A stretch of DNA of 64,000 nucleotides from an uncultured bacterium (GTDB lineage Bacteria; Auribacterota; Erginobacteria; Erginobacterales; Erginobacteraceae). The position numbers were made by a program, and so were the translations under genes. The stretch covers positions 224,001-288,000 of the forward strand of contig CAWGIE010000019.1 in NCBI GenBank assembly GCA_963822585.1, given 5' to 3'. A model generated the notes under the pieces. It worked only from the letters and a program-made list of their open reading frames with translations. It had not been told where the DNA came from and did no database searches. Positions 41,259 through 50,717 of this stretch are shown piece after piece. Every line of letters starts with the position of its first letter. The stretch's first letter is position 1.

Positions 41259-42995
41259 TCAATGAAGCTCTGCCATTGCCCGGGCGATCCCGGTGAAGAG
41301 AGCGGGAGCCCCGCGGCGGAGGTTCCGGAGGCTGTATCCCCCCTCCTGCACTACCAGCAGAGGAAGACGGAGTTCGCCGAGCCGGACTCCGATCTTTTCC
41401 ATCGTCCCCGCCGTGAGCAGAAACGATCCGGTCGGATCGCCCCGGAGCGTGTCGAGGCCGAATGAAAGGACCAGGAACGAGGGACGGTAGCGCTGGATGC
41501 GTTTCACCGCCCTCTCGAATGCTTCCAGGTATACGTTTTCGTCTGCACCGGCGGGCAGGGGATAATTTTTGTTAAACCCCTGGCCGGGTCCCTCCCCGGT
41601 TTCGTCGGCGAAGCCGCTGAAGTGGGGATAGGCGATAGACGGGTGCCCGTGGATCGATATCGTCAGCACATCCTCCCGGCGGTAGAATACATCCTGGGTG
41701 CCGTTGCCGTGGTGATAGTCGATGTCGAGGACGGCGACCCGGCCCCATTTGCTGAGCTGCTGGGCGGCGATGGCGGCGTTGTTGAAGTAACAGAAACCGC
41801 CGAAGGTCCGGGGCCCGGCGTGGTGGCCGGGCGGACGGCAGAGAGCATAGGCGACCCGACGGCCGGACAGGATCTCGTCCATCGCGGTCAGGACCACGTC
41901 AACCGCCGATCGGGCCGCCTGATAGGCGTTGCGATCGAGGGGGGTGAAGGTGTCCACGCAGTAGTAACCCGCGCGGACGGCCAGGTCCTTCGGTCTCCGT
42001 TCCGGATGGCGGATGGGGAAGACGTAGGGATAGACCGGCTGCTTGCCCGCGAACTTCTGGCAGACGGCCTTCAGATAGTTAACGAAGTCGGCCGCGTGAA
42101 TCTCGCGTACCGCTCCTTCCCCGAAGTGACGAGGCGGAACGGCGGCGAAAAGACCCGTAGGCCCGAGCCCCTCGAGGATCGCTTCCACCCGGGCAGGGCG
42201 TTCCACGTAGCCACGCTGATGGACCAGATGAACGCTTTGCTGATCGCTGCTGATCCGGGCGAAGGGTTTCTCCAACCGCCCGGGCGTCACTTCCCGGGGC
42301 TGATCGGCAGTCTTGATGTACCGGGGGGGGCGGAACCGGACCGGATCATCGGTGAACGACCGAACGACCTCCTCGATATACTCGGGGCTGACGGTTTTCC
42401 CGTGCTTACGCTGGATGATCAACCGGGCCGCGGCGCGGGCTTCTTCCCGGCCCAGGGGGTCCGGACGCCCCAGACTGTCGAAGAGGAGATAGCCGGCGCG
42501 GAGATTGGGGGCCGGATTGTCGTAGGCCGTGCCGACGATCGGGCGGATCCCGTACTGCTCGTAGAAACGAAGCCGGCGGCGGTTCTCTTTCAGAACGCCG
42601 GGATCCCCGACCAGGGCCGGGTCATCGGGGAGGACCTCGATGTAGAGTCCCCGGGAGCCGAGATCCACCAGATATTCCCGGGTTGCCTCGTAGAGGGCGC
42701 CCCCGAGACCGGCGCCCCGCGTCCCCGGGCGGACGGCCAGATAATCAAGAAACGAACTGTTGATCTCGGGAAAGTGGAGAAAGAACGAGAAACCGGTGAC
42801 GGCACCCCGGGCGTTCTCCGAGACCAGCAGCATCGAACGGTAGCCGTACTTGAACGGGTTATCAAGGAGATCGGGGATCTTCTCGGCATAGCCGGTAACG
42901 TACGGGAAGTTGGGACGAAAGATGGCCTGGACCTGCTCGATGCGGAGCCGGTCGGAAGGGAGCGCCGCGCTGTATACTCGCCGGATACGGATCAT
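41259..42995 (-). CDS. GNAT acetyltransferase fused to a histone-deacetylase-family (acetylpolyamine amidohydrolase-like) domain
   Basis: FLDYLAV....RGAGLGGALY and RLRFYEQYG; ERPAR, RPPGHHA, GGFCYFNN, DIDYHHGNGTQ, GLDT..GDP, QEGGY. Confidence 0.88.
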   Translation of the reverse strand: MIRIRRVYSAALPSDRLRIEQVQAIFRPNFPYVTGYAEKIPDLLDNPFKYGYRSMLLVSENARGAVTGFSFFLHFPEINSSFLDYLAVRPGTRGAGLGGALYEATREYLVDLGSRGLYIEVLPDDPALVGDPGVLKENRRRLRFYEQYGIRPIVGTAYDNPAPNLRAGYLLFDSLGRPDPLGREEARAAARLIIQRKHGKTVSPEYIEEVVRSFTDDPVRFRPPRYIKTADQPREVTPGRLEKPFARISSDQQSVHLVHQRGYVERPARVEAILEGLGPTGLFAAVPPRHFGEGAVREIHAADFVNYLKAVCQKFAGKQPVYPYVFPIRHPERRPKDLAVRAGYYCVDTFTPLDRNAYQAARSAVDVVLTAMDEILSGRRVAYALCRPPGHHAGPRTFGGFCYFNNAAIAAQQLSKWGRVAVLDIDYHHGNGTQDVFYRREDVLTISIHGHPSIAYPHFSGFADETGEGPGQGFNKNYPLPAGADENVYLEAFERAVKRIQRYRPSFLVLSFGLDTLRGDPTGSFLLTAGTMEKIGVRLGELRLPLLVVQEGGYSLRNLRRGAPALFTGIARAMAELH

Positions 42996-43342
42996 GGTAT
43001 CACTGCCCCCAACCCCGGCGCCGGGTAATGGTCAGCAAGGAGAACCGGGGAGAAAGTAAAAGTGTATACGGTTTTTATTCATTATACCGTACAATGGGAC
43101 AAAATCACGGAAAAAATCCCGCCGCATTACATCACTCCAACACTCCATCACTCCGCTATTCCTGTACTTTCTAATCCCGTCGCTCATCTCTGATCTTGGA
43201 TTTCCTTCAGTTGCTCCTTTTGGAAATATATATTTTCCTCTTGACCCCTTCCCCCAGCCGTGACATATACCTCCTTCGTGCAACCGGGAGAAATCCTCCC
43301 GGATAAACGAAAGAACCTACAGGGTATAAGGAGAAGATCATC

Positions 43343-43711
43343 ATGGCAGTGAAAAAGACTCAGAAAGCAACCGGCACGGGGAAGAGCAAGGCTACCGCCG
43401 GGAAGACATCCCCCCGGAAACCGGCGGTGAAGAAGTCCGCCCCGAAAAAGGCGGCGGTGACGGAAGCGGCGGCGAAGAAGACGGTGAAAAGAGTCGCCCC
43501 GAAGAAAGCTGCAGCGCAAAAGCCGTCTGTTAGTGCGGCGGCGGTGAAAAAAGTTACCCCGGCCCCCACGGTCCGGCCGCTGGACCGGGCCGAGTTTCAC
43601 CGGCGGGTCCGGGTAACGGCATACTATAAATTCGTGAAACGAGGATACCGCCACGGAAAGCACATAAGCGACTGGTACGAGGCGGAGAAGGAGATCACCT
43701 CGAAACTCTAA
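43343..43711 (+). CDS. Lys/Ala-rich histone-H1-like protein with C-terminal DUF2934 domain
   Basis: KK.A/PKK repeats; R..AYY....RG...G....DW.EAE.EI; AAGGAG RBS. Confidence 0.8.
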   Translation: MAVKKTQKATGTGKSKATAGKTSPRKPAVKKSAPKKAAVTEAAAKKTVKRVAPKKAAAQKPSVSAAAVKKVTPAPTVRPLDRAEFHRRVRVTAYYKFVKRGYRHGKHISDWYEAEKEITSKL

Positions 43712-43726
43712 GCGTACGCAGTCCGG

Positions 43727-43762
43727 CCCCCCTCTTCCGGGAAGGAAGAGGGGGGTTTTTTT
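43727..43762 (+). terminator. Intrinsic terminator
   Basis: CCCCCCTCTTCC-GGGAA-GGAAGAGGGGGG followed by T7. Confidence 0.85.
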
Positions 43763-43809
43763 ATCGGTTGTCTTTCCTGAATGAGGCAGAGGTTAAAGCA
43801 GCTGACTTA

Positions 43810-44021
43810 CTGCTTCGGAAATTTCAAAAATGAAGATCAATTTAAAGTCTGTTCAGCCGGTGGGGAGAGTATACAAACCACTTAAGCGAATCAGATAATC
43901 AGTAAATCAGTGAGGAGAGGATCAGATTATCAGAGAATCAGATGGCGATGCCGGCCGCGCCGGATAATCTGATATCCCGGTATTCTTCTCACTGATACGC
44001 TGATAACCTGATATCCACCTT
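43810..44021 (-). mobile_element. IS91-like mini-element, inverted homolog of 31869-32078
   Basis: Co-linear reverse-complement match; ori-like end followed by TAAG. Confidence 0.65.
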
Positions 44022-44073
44022 GCGCTGTAGCGCGCTCCGTCGCCGGTGCGTCTATGACGCGTGGATCTTGTGC

Positions 44074-46626
44074 TTACCTCGTCACCGGCACATCACCCGC
44101 GGCACCGAAGTAGATCCGGGGCATACCTCTGATCGCCCACAGGCCGGATGATTGACGGAAGATGGCGGGATTAGAAATACCATCCCCGTTGAAGTCGGCC
44201 CGTATCGGATAGTCGATGCATCTGCCGTAATAAAAACGGCTCATACTCCGGACCGCCCAGAGAGCGGTGGCCTGGGGCCGGAAGATAGCCGCCTCCCACC
44301 GTCCATCGCCGTCATAGTCGCCGGGGAGCAGCCAGTCACCGGCCCTTCCGAAGTAAAGCCGGGAGACGCCCCGGAGTGCCCAGAGCCCGGAGGAAGGACG
44401 GAAGATCCCGATCGAAGCGGTGCCGGCCGATCCATAATCTCCGGGAAGGGGCGTATCGCCCAGGCCGCCGTAATAGACCCGGATACCGCCCCGGACCGCC
44501 CAGAGACCGGAAGCGTCGCGGAAAATGGCCGCTTCCGTAACACCGTCGCCGTTATAATCCGCCGGGACGGGATGGTCTCCGGCGATCCCATAGTAGAGCC
44601 GTGAGACGCCGCGGATCGCCCAGAGACCGGAGGCGGGACGGAAGATAGAGATCTCGGCGGTCCCATCCCCGTTGTAGTCACCTGAGATCGGCAGGTCACT
44701 GGCGGCGCCGAAATAGACCCGCGGCAATCCGCGGATCGCCCAGAGACCGGATGACCTCCGAAAAATAGCGATGTCGGAAGTCCCGTCGCCATCGTAGTCT
44801 CCCGATACTACCATCATATTCTCCACGGGAACGGGCGGCCCGCAGGAAGGCGTGGGAGAGGGTGTGGCACTGGTTTGGGCGGTCGGGGTAGGAGTCGGGG
44901 TCGGCGGCGGGGGCGTCATGGTCATGGTCGCCCGGGGCGTCGGAGTGGCGGTCGGCGTGGTACTCGGTGTCACCGTCGAGGGGGGTGGCGTCGGAGGCAC
45001 CGTCGGCGCGGGCGTCGGAGGCACCGTCGGCGCGGGCGTCGGAGGCACCGTCGGCGCGGGCGTCGGAGGCACCGTCGGCGCGGGCGTCGGAGGCACCGTC
45101 GGCGCGGGCGTCGGAGGCACCGTCGGCGCGGGCGGCGGAGGCACCGTCGGCGCGGGTGTCGGCGTAGTCCCCGAAGGCTGGACGATGAAAGAATCGGTGG
45201 TGTCGTAGGAGCCCAAAGCCGGCGTCGCCCAGGGCTGGACGCGGAAGTAAACGTCGTCAGCGCCGGCGGGAAGGTCTTGCTGTGAATACCAGGTGAAGAT
45301 GTGGGGATAGCCGCCGATACTCGCCGGGTAGGAACCGGACCAGCTCCCGGTAGCCTGGTTCCAGGCCGAGCCATCGGTGCTGAAGGTAAAATAAACTATC
45401 GGGGTGCTCTGGTTGTTCCATTGGAAAAGGCTGTAATCGATCGCGATATTTCCGGAAGCGGGACTGGAGGGGGTTTCCACCTCCGCCGAGATCAGGCCCT
45501 TGACGATGGCGGCACCGGTGTTATAAGAACCGTTCCTGAGAATGAAATAACTCTCTCCCAGCCTGATGGAATCATATCCGTAATTCCGGGATGAGTTCCA
45601 GGCGACCCCGGTCGTGACGGTTCCGATGGTGTTGATCGGTTCCTCCCGTAAAGTCCAGTTAACGCCATTGGTGGAATAGAAGGAATGAATCGGATAGGTG
45701 TAGTTATCGACCCAGAGCATGAATCCCTGGCGAACTCCGTTTTCGTAAACTTCTTCCAGGGAGTCGGTGTAGTAGTAGGCGGGTTTGTAGTTATAGGGAA
45801 CGGAGCTATACCCGGTGAAAGTGATGAAATCGGTCACCTCGGAGGAACCGGTCGTGTACGTTTCCCACCGACTCTGGCACTGCTCGTCCCAGGCGTATAG
45901 TTTCCAGTCCAGGCCATTGCTCGAGATATACATCTCGAAGTACCCGGGGTCGCCGGAGCAGTAGTGATCGACGCTGGAACCCAGATAGCAGATATACCGG
46001 TTATTCATCGGAATGCCCATGTCCAGGGCGGAGGGGTTATCGGGCATGTAAAGAACATCCGGCTTGATCATGTTTTTCGTCGTCCCGCACTCACCCGGGT
46101 TAAAATCGGAGATCTTATAAGCAGGCGGACAATAATCATATTCGAGGAATGGTTCCCAGTAAATACCATCGGTCGATTCACTGTAACGATAGTGGTAGTT
46201 ATCACCATAGGCGGCGTACCAGAGCTTGAATTTAACGTTCACGCTCTCTTCCGTCCAGGCCACGTCCGCGGGCGGAAAGCCAGCGGCGGACGAGACTAGG
46301 GCATGGTGAGCGATATCCCAGCTCCGGGGCACGTCGATCGCGACCGGTGTATCCCAATTCCTCCCGTCGGTGGAAGAAACATACCATAACGAGTAAAGGG
46401 CGACGCCCTGGTCCATCCCCTGGATGGTGATGAACTTGCTTCCGTCCCAACCCAGCCGGTTATCGTAATGGCGGTTGCCGGAGCTGCCGGCGATCGCCGG
46501 ATCCACCCCCGGGTTCCAGTCGGTATAGGAGAAATTCGTCCAGGCCGGCTGGCTGAAACCGGAATTCGCGACCGGAAGCACACAGAGCAACATAAATACG
46601 GCGAAAGTACTTTTTAGATAGTTCAT
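44074..46626 (-). CDS. Exported Asp-box beta-propeller protein (glycosidase-like) with Pro/Thr linker and six-repeat C-terminal module
   Basis: GGAGG RBS before MNYLK; S.DG..W motifs (STDGRNW, STDGIYW, SSNGLDW, STNGVNW); six repeats ending GDVPVTR. Confidence 0.8.
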   Translation of the reverse strand: MNYLKSTFAVFMLLCVLPVANSGFSQPAWTNFSYTDWNPGVDPAIAGSSGNRHYDNRLGWDGSKFITIQGMDQGVALYSLWYVSSTDGRNWDTPVAIDVPRSWDIAHHALVSSAAGFPPADVAWTEESVNVKFKLWYAAYGDNYHYRYSESTDGIYWEPFLEYDYCPPAYKISDFNPGECGTTKNMIKPDVLYMPDNPSALDMGIPMNNRYICYLGSSVDHYCSGDPGYFEMYISSNGLDWKLYAWDEQCQSRWETYTTGSSEVTDFITFTGYSSVPYNYKPAYYYTDSLEEVYENGVRQGFMLWVDNYTYPIHSFYSTNGVNWTLREEPINTIGTVTTGVAWNSSRNYGYDSIRLGESYFILRNGSYNTGAAIVKGLISAEVETPSSPASGNIAIDYSLFQWNNQSTPIVYFTFSTDGSAWNQATGSWSGSYPASIGGYPHIFTWYSQQDLPAGADDVYFRVQPWATPALGSYDTTDSFIVQPSGTTPTPAPTVPPPPAPTVPPTPAPTVPPTPAPTVPPTPAPTVPPTPAPTVPPTPAPTVPPTPPPSTVTPSTTPTATPTPRATMTMTPPPPTPTPTPTAQTSATPSPTPSCGPPVPVENMMVVSGDYDGDGTSDIAIFRRSSGLWAIRGLPRVYFGAASDLPISGDYNGDGTAEISIFRPASGLWAIRGVSRLYYGIAGDHPVPADYNGDGVTEAAIFRDASGLWAVRGGIRVYYGGLGDTPLPGDYGSAGTASIGIFRPSSGLWALRGVSRLYFGRAGDWLLPGDYDGDGRWEAAIFRPQATALWAVRSMSRFYYGRCIDYPIRADFNGDGISNPAIFRQSSGLWAIRGMPRIYFGAAGDVPVTR
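44987..45154 (-). repeat. Seven 24-bp tandem repeats encoding APTVPPTP
   Basis: Six identical GGCGTCGGAGGCACCGTCGGCGCG units plus one with a single mismatch. Confidence 0.92.
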
Positions 46627-46653
46627 ACGATACCTCCTCAATCATCAATCGGG

Positions 46654-46902
46654 TTATGTGGTGGGAGGAGCGGTGTAGAGTCCACAGCCGCAGAAGAAGC
46701 TCTGGGCGCAGGAAAAATCTTCGCTGCAGGTAAACACCCCCACCTGCCCGCACTCATAGTCATCGGCGCAGGCGAAGAGATCGCAGTCATAGGCATTGGG
46801 GTTGCTGAAAGCACCGCAGCCGCCTTTGATAACGGGATCGCATTTCTGGCTGAAGGAACCGACCACTCCCCGCGCGATCTTTTCGATATCTTGTGGACGC
46901 AT
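46654..46902 (-). CDS. 82-aa Cys-rich peptide with six [FY]xC motifs (RiPP-precursor-like)
   Basis: AAGGAG RBS; nine Cys; GG at residues 27-28; 27 nt upstream of the next gene. Confidence 0.7.
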   Translation of the reverse strand: MRPQDIEKIARGVVGSFSQKCDPVIKGGCGAFSNPNAYDCDLFACADDYECGQVGVFTCSEDFSCAQSFFCGCGLYTAPPTT

Positions 46903-46952
46903 TGTTTTTATTCTCCTTTTATCCTACCCCGATTATATCAGGCCGGGTTCGA

Positions 46953-47143
46953 GAACGCGGCCCTTACTTCGTTCGGGCAATTGAGAACTACGAATTTCGC
47001 GGATTTTTATCCCGAAACGTCGCAGACGCTTTTCGGAGACACGAATTATTTTGTACTATCCCTGCAATCTCGATTCAATGCTTGCCTATTCTTATTTTTC
47101 CGGTCTCCCCCGAAGTATTAATCGGGGAAGAAAAATAAGATTA
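46953..47143 (+). mobile_element. Diverged partial copy of the 22587-22844 element
   Basis: Shared AACTACGAATT, CGATTCAATGCTTGCC and CCCCGAAGTATTAATCGGGG...AAAAATAAGATTA blocks; ori-like end absent. Confidence 0.6.
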
Positions 47144-50100
47144 CCAGGTAATCGGGATGGCGTTCGGGCCGCCCCAGTATTTCCGGGTCAGACCGCGGAT
47201 CGCCCAGAGTCCATTGGAGGGACGGTAGACGGCGATCCGGTCGGTCCCGTCTCCATCGTAATCAGCCGGCTGGGGATAATCATACCGCTCCCCGAAGTAG
47301 ACCCGGGGGAATCCATCGATCGCCCAGAGTCCGGGGCCCTCCCGGAAGATGCCGAACTCCCTGAGGCCGTCGCCGTCATAGTCGGCGGGGACGGGATAAT
47401 CCCCGAACCGGCCATAATACCGGCGCGTCAGCCCGCGGATCATCCAGAGAGACGCCGCCGGCCGGTAGACAGCGATCCGGGCCCGGCCGCTTCCGTCATA
47501 AACACCCGGGATCGGGAGGTCCAGGAGTCCTCCGAAGTAAACCCTGGTCACGGCGCGGATCGCCCAGAGTCCGATCGGGCGCCGGAAGAGACCGCTATCG
47601 GAACTACCGTCGCCATCGTAGTCGGCCGGGACCGGGATATCCCCGTCGCTCCCGAAGTAGAAACGACTCATACCCCGGATCGCCCAGAGGCCGGTCGCCG
47701 GCCGGAAGACGGCCACCTCGGTGGTCCCGTCCCCGTCATAATCGCCGGGGGCCGGGAGGTCACCTCCCTGGCCGAAATAGATCGACCTGCTCTGATTATA
47801 GGGGCAGAGCTGGATGTACCATTTTCCCGCGCCGCATTTCCAGGTATCTATATCCGACCTTCCGTCACCGTTGTAGTCATTGCCGCCTATCACCAGCCAG
47901 GTAAAAGCCAGGGCATCATCTTCGTCCCCGGCGTCGGGAAGGCCCGGGAGGTCATGGCCCGAACTGTCGGTGGGGTTGCCGGTGGCCGTCGCCGTATTGA
48001 GACGCATGGCGAGCCGGGGGAAGGTATATTCAAGCTGTGCGCTCTGGGTGGGAGCGAGCGGGCCGGGTATGGTCCCGATCAGAATATCATCACCGGGGTC
48101 TTTCGGAGTCCCGTTATCATCCCAGACCTCAATAGCGGAGAGGTAGGTATCCCCGGTGTTGGTTACCGCATAATAGTATGCCGGGTCTTCACAAATGGGG
48201 AGAATCGCCACCGTCCCGTCGGGAAAACCGTCTGCGGTTTTGATCAGCTCAATCGCGGGATGCAGCGGGGTCGGGGTAACGGACGGGGTCATGGTCGGGG
48301 TCGGCGTGGCTGTGGACGGGAGAGGCGGGGTCGGCGCAGCGGTGGGGGTGGCGGTCGGGGTCGGCGTGAGAGTCGGGGTCGGTGTCTGTACAGGCGGCAG
48401 GCAGACGGCGACTGTATTCAGAGAAGGGGTCTTGGGACAGGCTTTGTCCGAACCGGGATGGAGGTATACCCGGAAGTAGAACGTCCCCGGCGCGGGGAAA
48501 GAGCTGATATTGTCGTTTATGATCTCCGCCGGATTACTCTCTGCCGGAACGGTGGCGCTGGACCAGGCCCCCATGTCCCAGTAGAAGAACGCCGCGCTGT
48601 CGCCGGAGATCTGATAGGTCGTCGTCCCGAAGCCGTCACTGCCGGTGCTTTCACTGAAGCCGGCGAGAGCGGTACTGTAATAATAACCGGTCGTGTTCTC
48701 CAGGTAGCCGTCACTATAATACTGCGAGCGGGAGACATAGATCTCTCCGTTAGCCTCGTAGCCGGCATAGAGGCAGGAAGTGCAGGTAATCTCCAGGGAG
48801 GTCATGTTCCCTTCTTCCGGCAGCCCGTGGACAACGTGGCGGGGGGAGGTGAACCAGTCCCAGGTGACGCCTCCATCGGTGGAGCGGTGGACCATGCCCA
48901 AAGTGCTGGTTCCCGCCCAGAGGCTTCCGTCGGCCGGGTTCCCCTTCATGTCATGAACGAAGGTGGCGTTCCGACTGGTGTAGGTATCGGTCCCGTATCC
49001 GGCCATCTCCAGGGAATACAGATTTCCCAGGGCGTTCCAGATATCGCTCTGCGGGTTCCAGGGACCGGCCCCCGGGGCGTCCAGTTTATAGATGACCGCG
49101 TCGCGCCGGGGGTTCAGTATCCAGGAGCGGAGGGGATCGTTGTTGGTGGAGCAGGCATAGACGTTCCCGTCCCGGTCTTCGGAGAAGTTGTCGATCCAGG
49201 TGGGATAGGTAAGGTCGGGGGGAACGATGTCGTGGGCGTTGGTGCCGTTAAAATGGGTATGGTCGCTAAAAGAGACTCCGGAGTAGATGTACTCGGGAGA
49301 GTCGGTCTGGGGGGGATTAAACGATCCCCCGTCCAGCCAGTTGATTCCATCGGTGGAGGTGTAGATATGGCCGAAGCCGCGCAGGGCCTGGTAGCCGGAG
49401 AAAGCGTTATCTTCGCCGCCCGAGTTGGTGGAGAAAAAGAGCCTCCCGTCGCTGCTTTTAAAGAGAGCCTGGGTCCGGTCGGGGCGGTAGGTGGATGGAT
49501 AATAGTCGTACGGCTGGCCGTTGCAGTGCTCGCCTCCGTAGTAGTCGAAGAGATAGGGACAGGCCGGCTGATAGGGGGGCGGGTACGATGGATAATTGGG
49601 TTGGGGGAGGGCTCCCCCGACCAGGGCCGCCGTGGTGTTCCAGACCTCAACCCATTGCTCCGGGTGAGAACCCGGATCGGGGCAGCGCCAGACCCGGCCG
49701 TCATCCTTGGTGGTAGCGATCAGCGCGCCATCCGGCGCTTCTACCACACTGGTGCACCCCCCGCCGGGGAGCCCCGTCACCACTCCCCAGTTCACCCCGT
49801 CGGTGCTTCTCCATACTCCCGATAAGCCGGGTTCCGGCCAAAAAATGGTGGTATCTTGGGTGGCGGCATAGATGGTCCCATCCGCCCCCTCGGCGAGACG
49901 GCTGGCCTTCTGGGCCCTGCGGACGCCCGGAATCTCCAGGATGAAGGAGTTCCAGCTCGTTCCGTCGGTTGACCTCCAGATCACCCGTCCGTTAGAACTA
50001 TCCCGGGCGGCTATATAGAGATTGCCGTCGGAGAATTGCTCGAGATCATAGCTCCCGGTAGCAGGTGAACCGGGGAGAGAGGCATCTTCCCAGACCTCTC

Positions 50101-50302
50101 CGATCTGCCGGCTTTTTTCTAAAGATGCCGCGCCGCCCGAGATTGTACTATGATAGGTAATATAATCGGCCGCCGTATCGAAATTCCAGGTTCGACATTG
50201 GCAGTACACCGGCCGGATGAAAAGACCGATACAATAGGAGAAGACGAATATAATCGGCGTAAAATACAGGGTTTTGATCAACTGACCCGATGGTGGTTTC
50301 AT
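47141..50302 (-). CDS. Exported BNR/Asp-box protein with Ig-like (DUF11-like) domain and six-repeat C-terminal module
   Basis: RSTDGTSW, RSTDGVNW, TSTDGINW, RSTDGGVTW; IELIKTA...VTNTGDT...NTATATG; six repeats ending NAIPITW. Confidence 0.8.
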   Translation of the reverse strand: MKPPSGQLIKTLYFTPIIFVFSYCIGLFIRPVYCQCRTWNFDTAADYITYHSTISGGAASLEKSRQIGEVWEDASLPGSPATGSYDLEQFSDGNLYIAARDSSNGRVIWRSTDGTSWNSFILEIPGVRRAQKASRLAEGADGTIYAATQDTTIFWPEPGLSGVWRSTDGVNWGVVTGLPGGGCTSVVEAPDGALIATTKDDGRVWRCPDPGSHPEQWVEVWNTTAALVGGALPQPNYPSYPPPYQPACPYLFDYYGGEHCNGQPYDYYPSTYRPDRTQALFKSSDGRLFFSTNSGGEDNAFSGYQALRGFGHIYTSTDGINWLDGGSFNPPQTDSPEYIYSGVSFSDHTHFNGTNAHDIVPPDLTYPTWIDNFSEDRDGNVYACSTNNDPLRSWILNPRRDAVIYKLDAPGAGPWNPQSDIWNALGNLYSLEMAGYGTDTYTSRNATFVHDMKGNPADGSLWAGTSTLGMVHRSTDGGVTWDWFTSPRHVVHGLPEEGNMTSLEITCTSCLYAGYEANGEIYVSRSQYYSDGYLENTTGYYYSTALAGFSESTGSDGFGTTTYQISGDSAAFFYWDMGAWSSATVPAESNPAEIINDNISSFPAPGTFYFRVYLHPGSDKACPKTPSLNTVAVCLPPVQTPTPTLTPTPTATPTAAPTPPLPSTATPTPTMTPSVTPTPLHPAIELIKTADGFPDGTVAILPICEDPAYYYAVTNTGDTYLSAIEVWDDNGTPKDPGDDILIGTIPGPLAPTQSAQLEYTFPRLAMRLNTATATGNPTDSSGHDLPGLPDAGDEDDALAFTWLVIGGNDYNGDGRSDIDTWKCGAGKWYIQLCPYNQSRSIYFGQGGDLPAPGDYDGDGTTEVAVFRPATGLWAIRGMSRFYFGSDGDIPVPADYDGDGSSDSGLFRRPIGLWAIRAVTRVYFGGLLDLPIPGVYDGSGRARIAVYRPAASLWMIRGLTRRYYGRFGDYPVPADYDGDGLREFGIFREGPGLWAIDGFPRVYFGERYDYPQPADYDGDGTDRIAVYRPSNGLWAIRGLTRKYWGGPNAIPITW

Positions 50303-50717
50303 GATAATTGTCTATGGATCTTTCCTTAAAAAATACTGCTTTCAGAAGTGGATGCAAGGAGCTTTACAGTCTAGGTCAAACGATATGATTTGTCAATTAT
50401 TTATTATACCCCAAGTTATGCGATTCGACAAGCGGTTTTTCTCGACGGCTTTTCTCGGCGCCCCGGAAAAATTTATGTTCCCTCGCCGGAATAGAGTGGT
50501 GTGCAGGAGAGAAGCAGGATTACATACTTGACCGAGCTGCCCCCTTTCTTTTTCGACTGTAGCCAGCGCCAGGATGTGCCCCCGGCTTCCCTTTCTTCAT
50601 AGCTGTCATTCCTCCCGTGTCTTGACTCTTTTGGTTAGTTAACGATATTTTGCCGGGACGCATCTGCCTACGCCTAAGAAGAGAGAACATCATATTTTAT
50701 TTATCCGGCAGAGGGCC

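Noticed and set aside
44987..45154. Possible CRISPR array
   Set aside because: Repeats are contiguous with no spacers, in frame within a CDS, and no cas genes are present
47051..49825. 924-aa plus-strand ORF and other long antisense ORFs (41622-43028, 54228-55574, 15499-16716)
   Set aside because: They overlap well-supported opposite-strand genes, lack motifs, and are expected at high GC3
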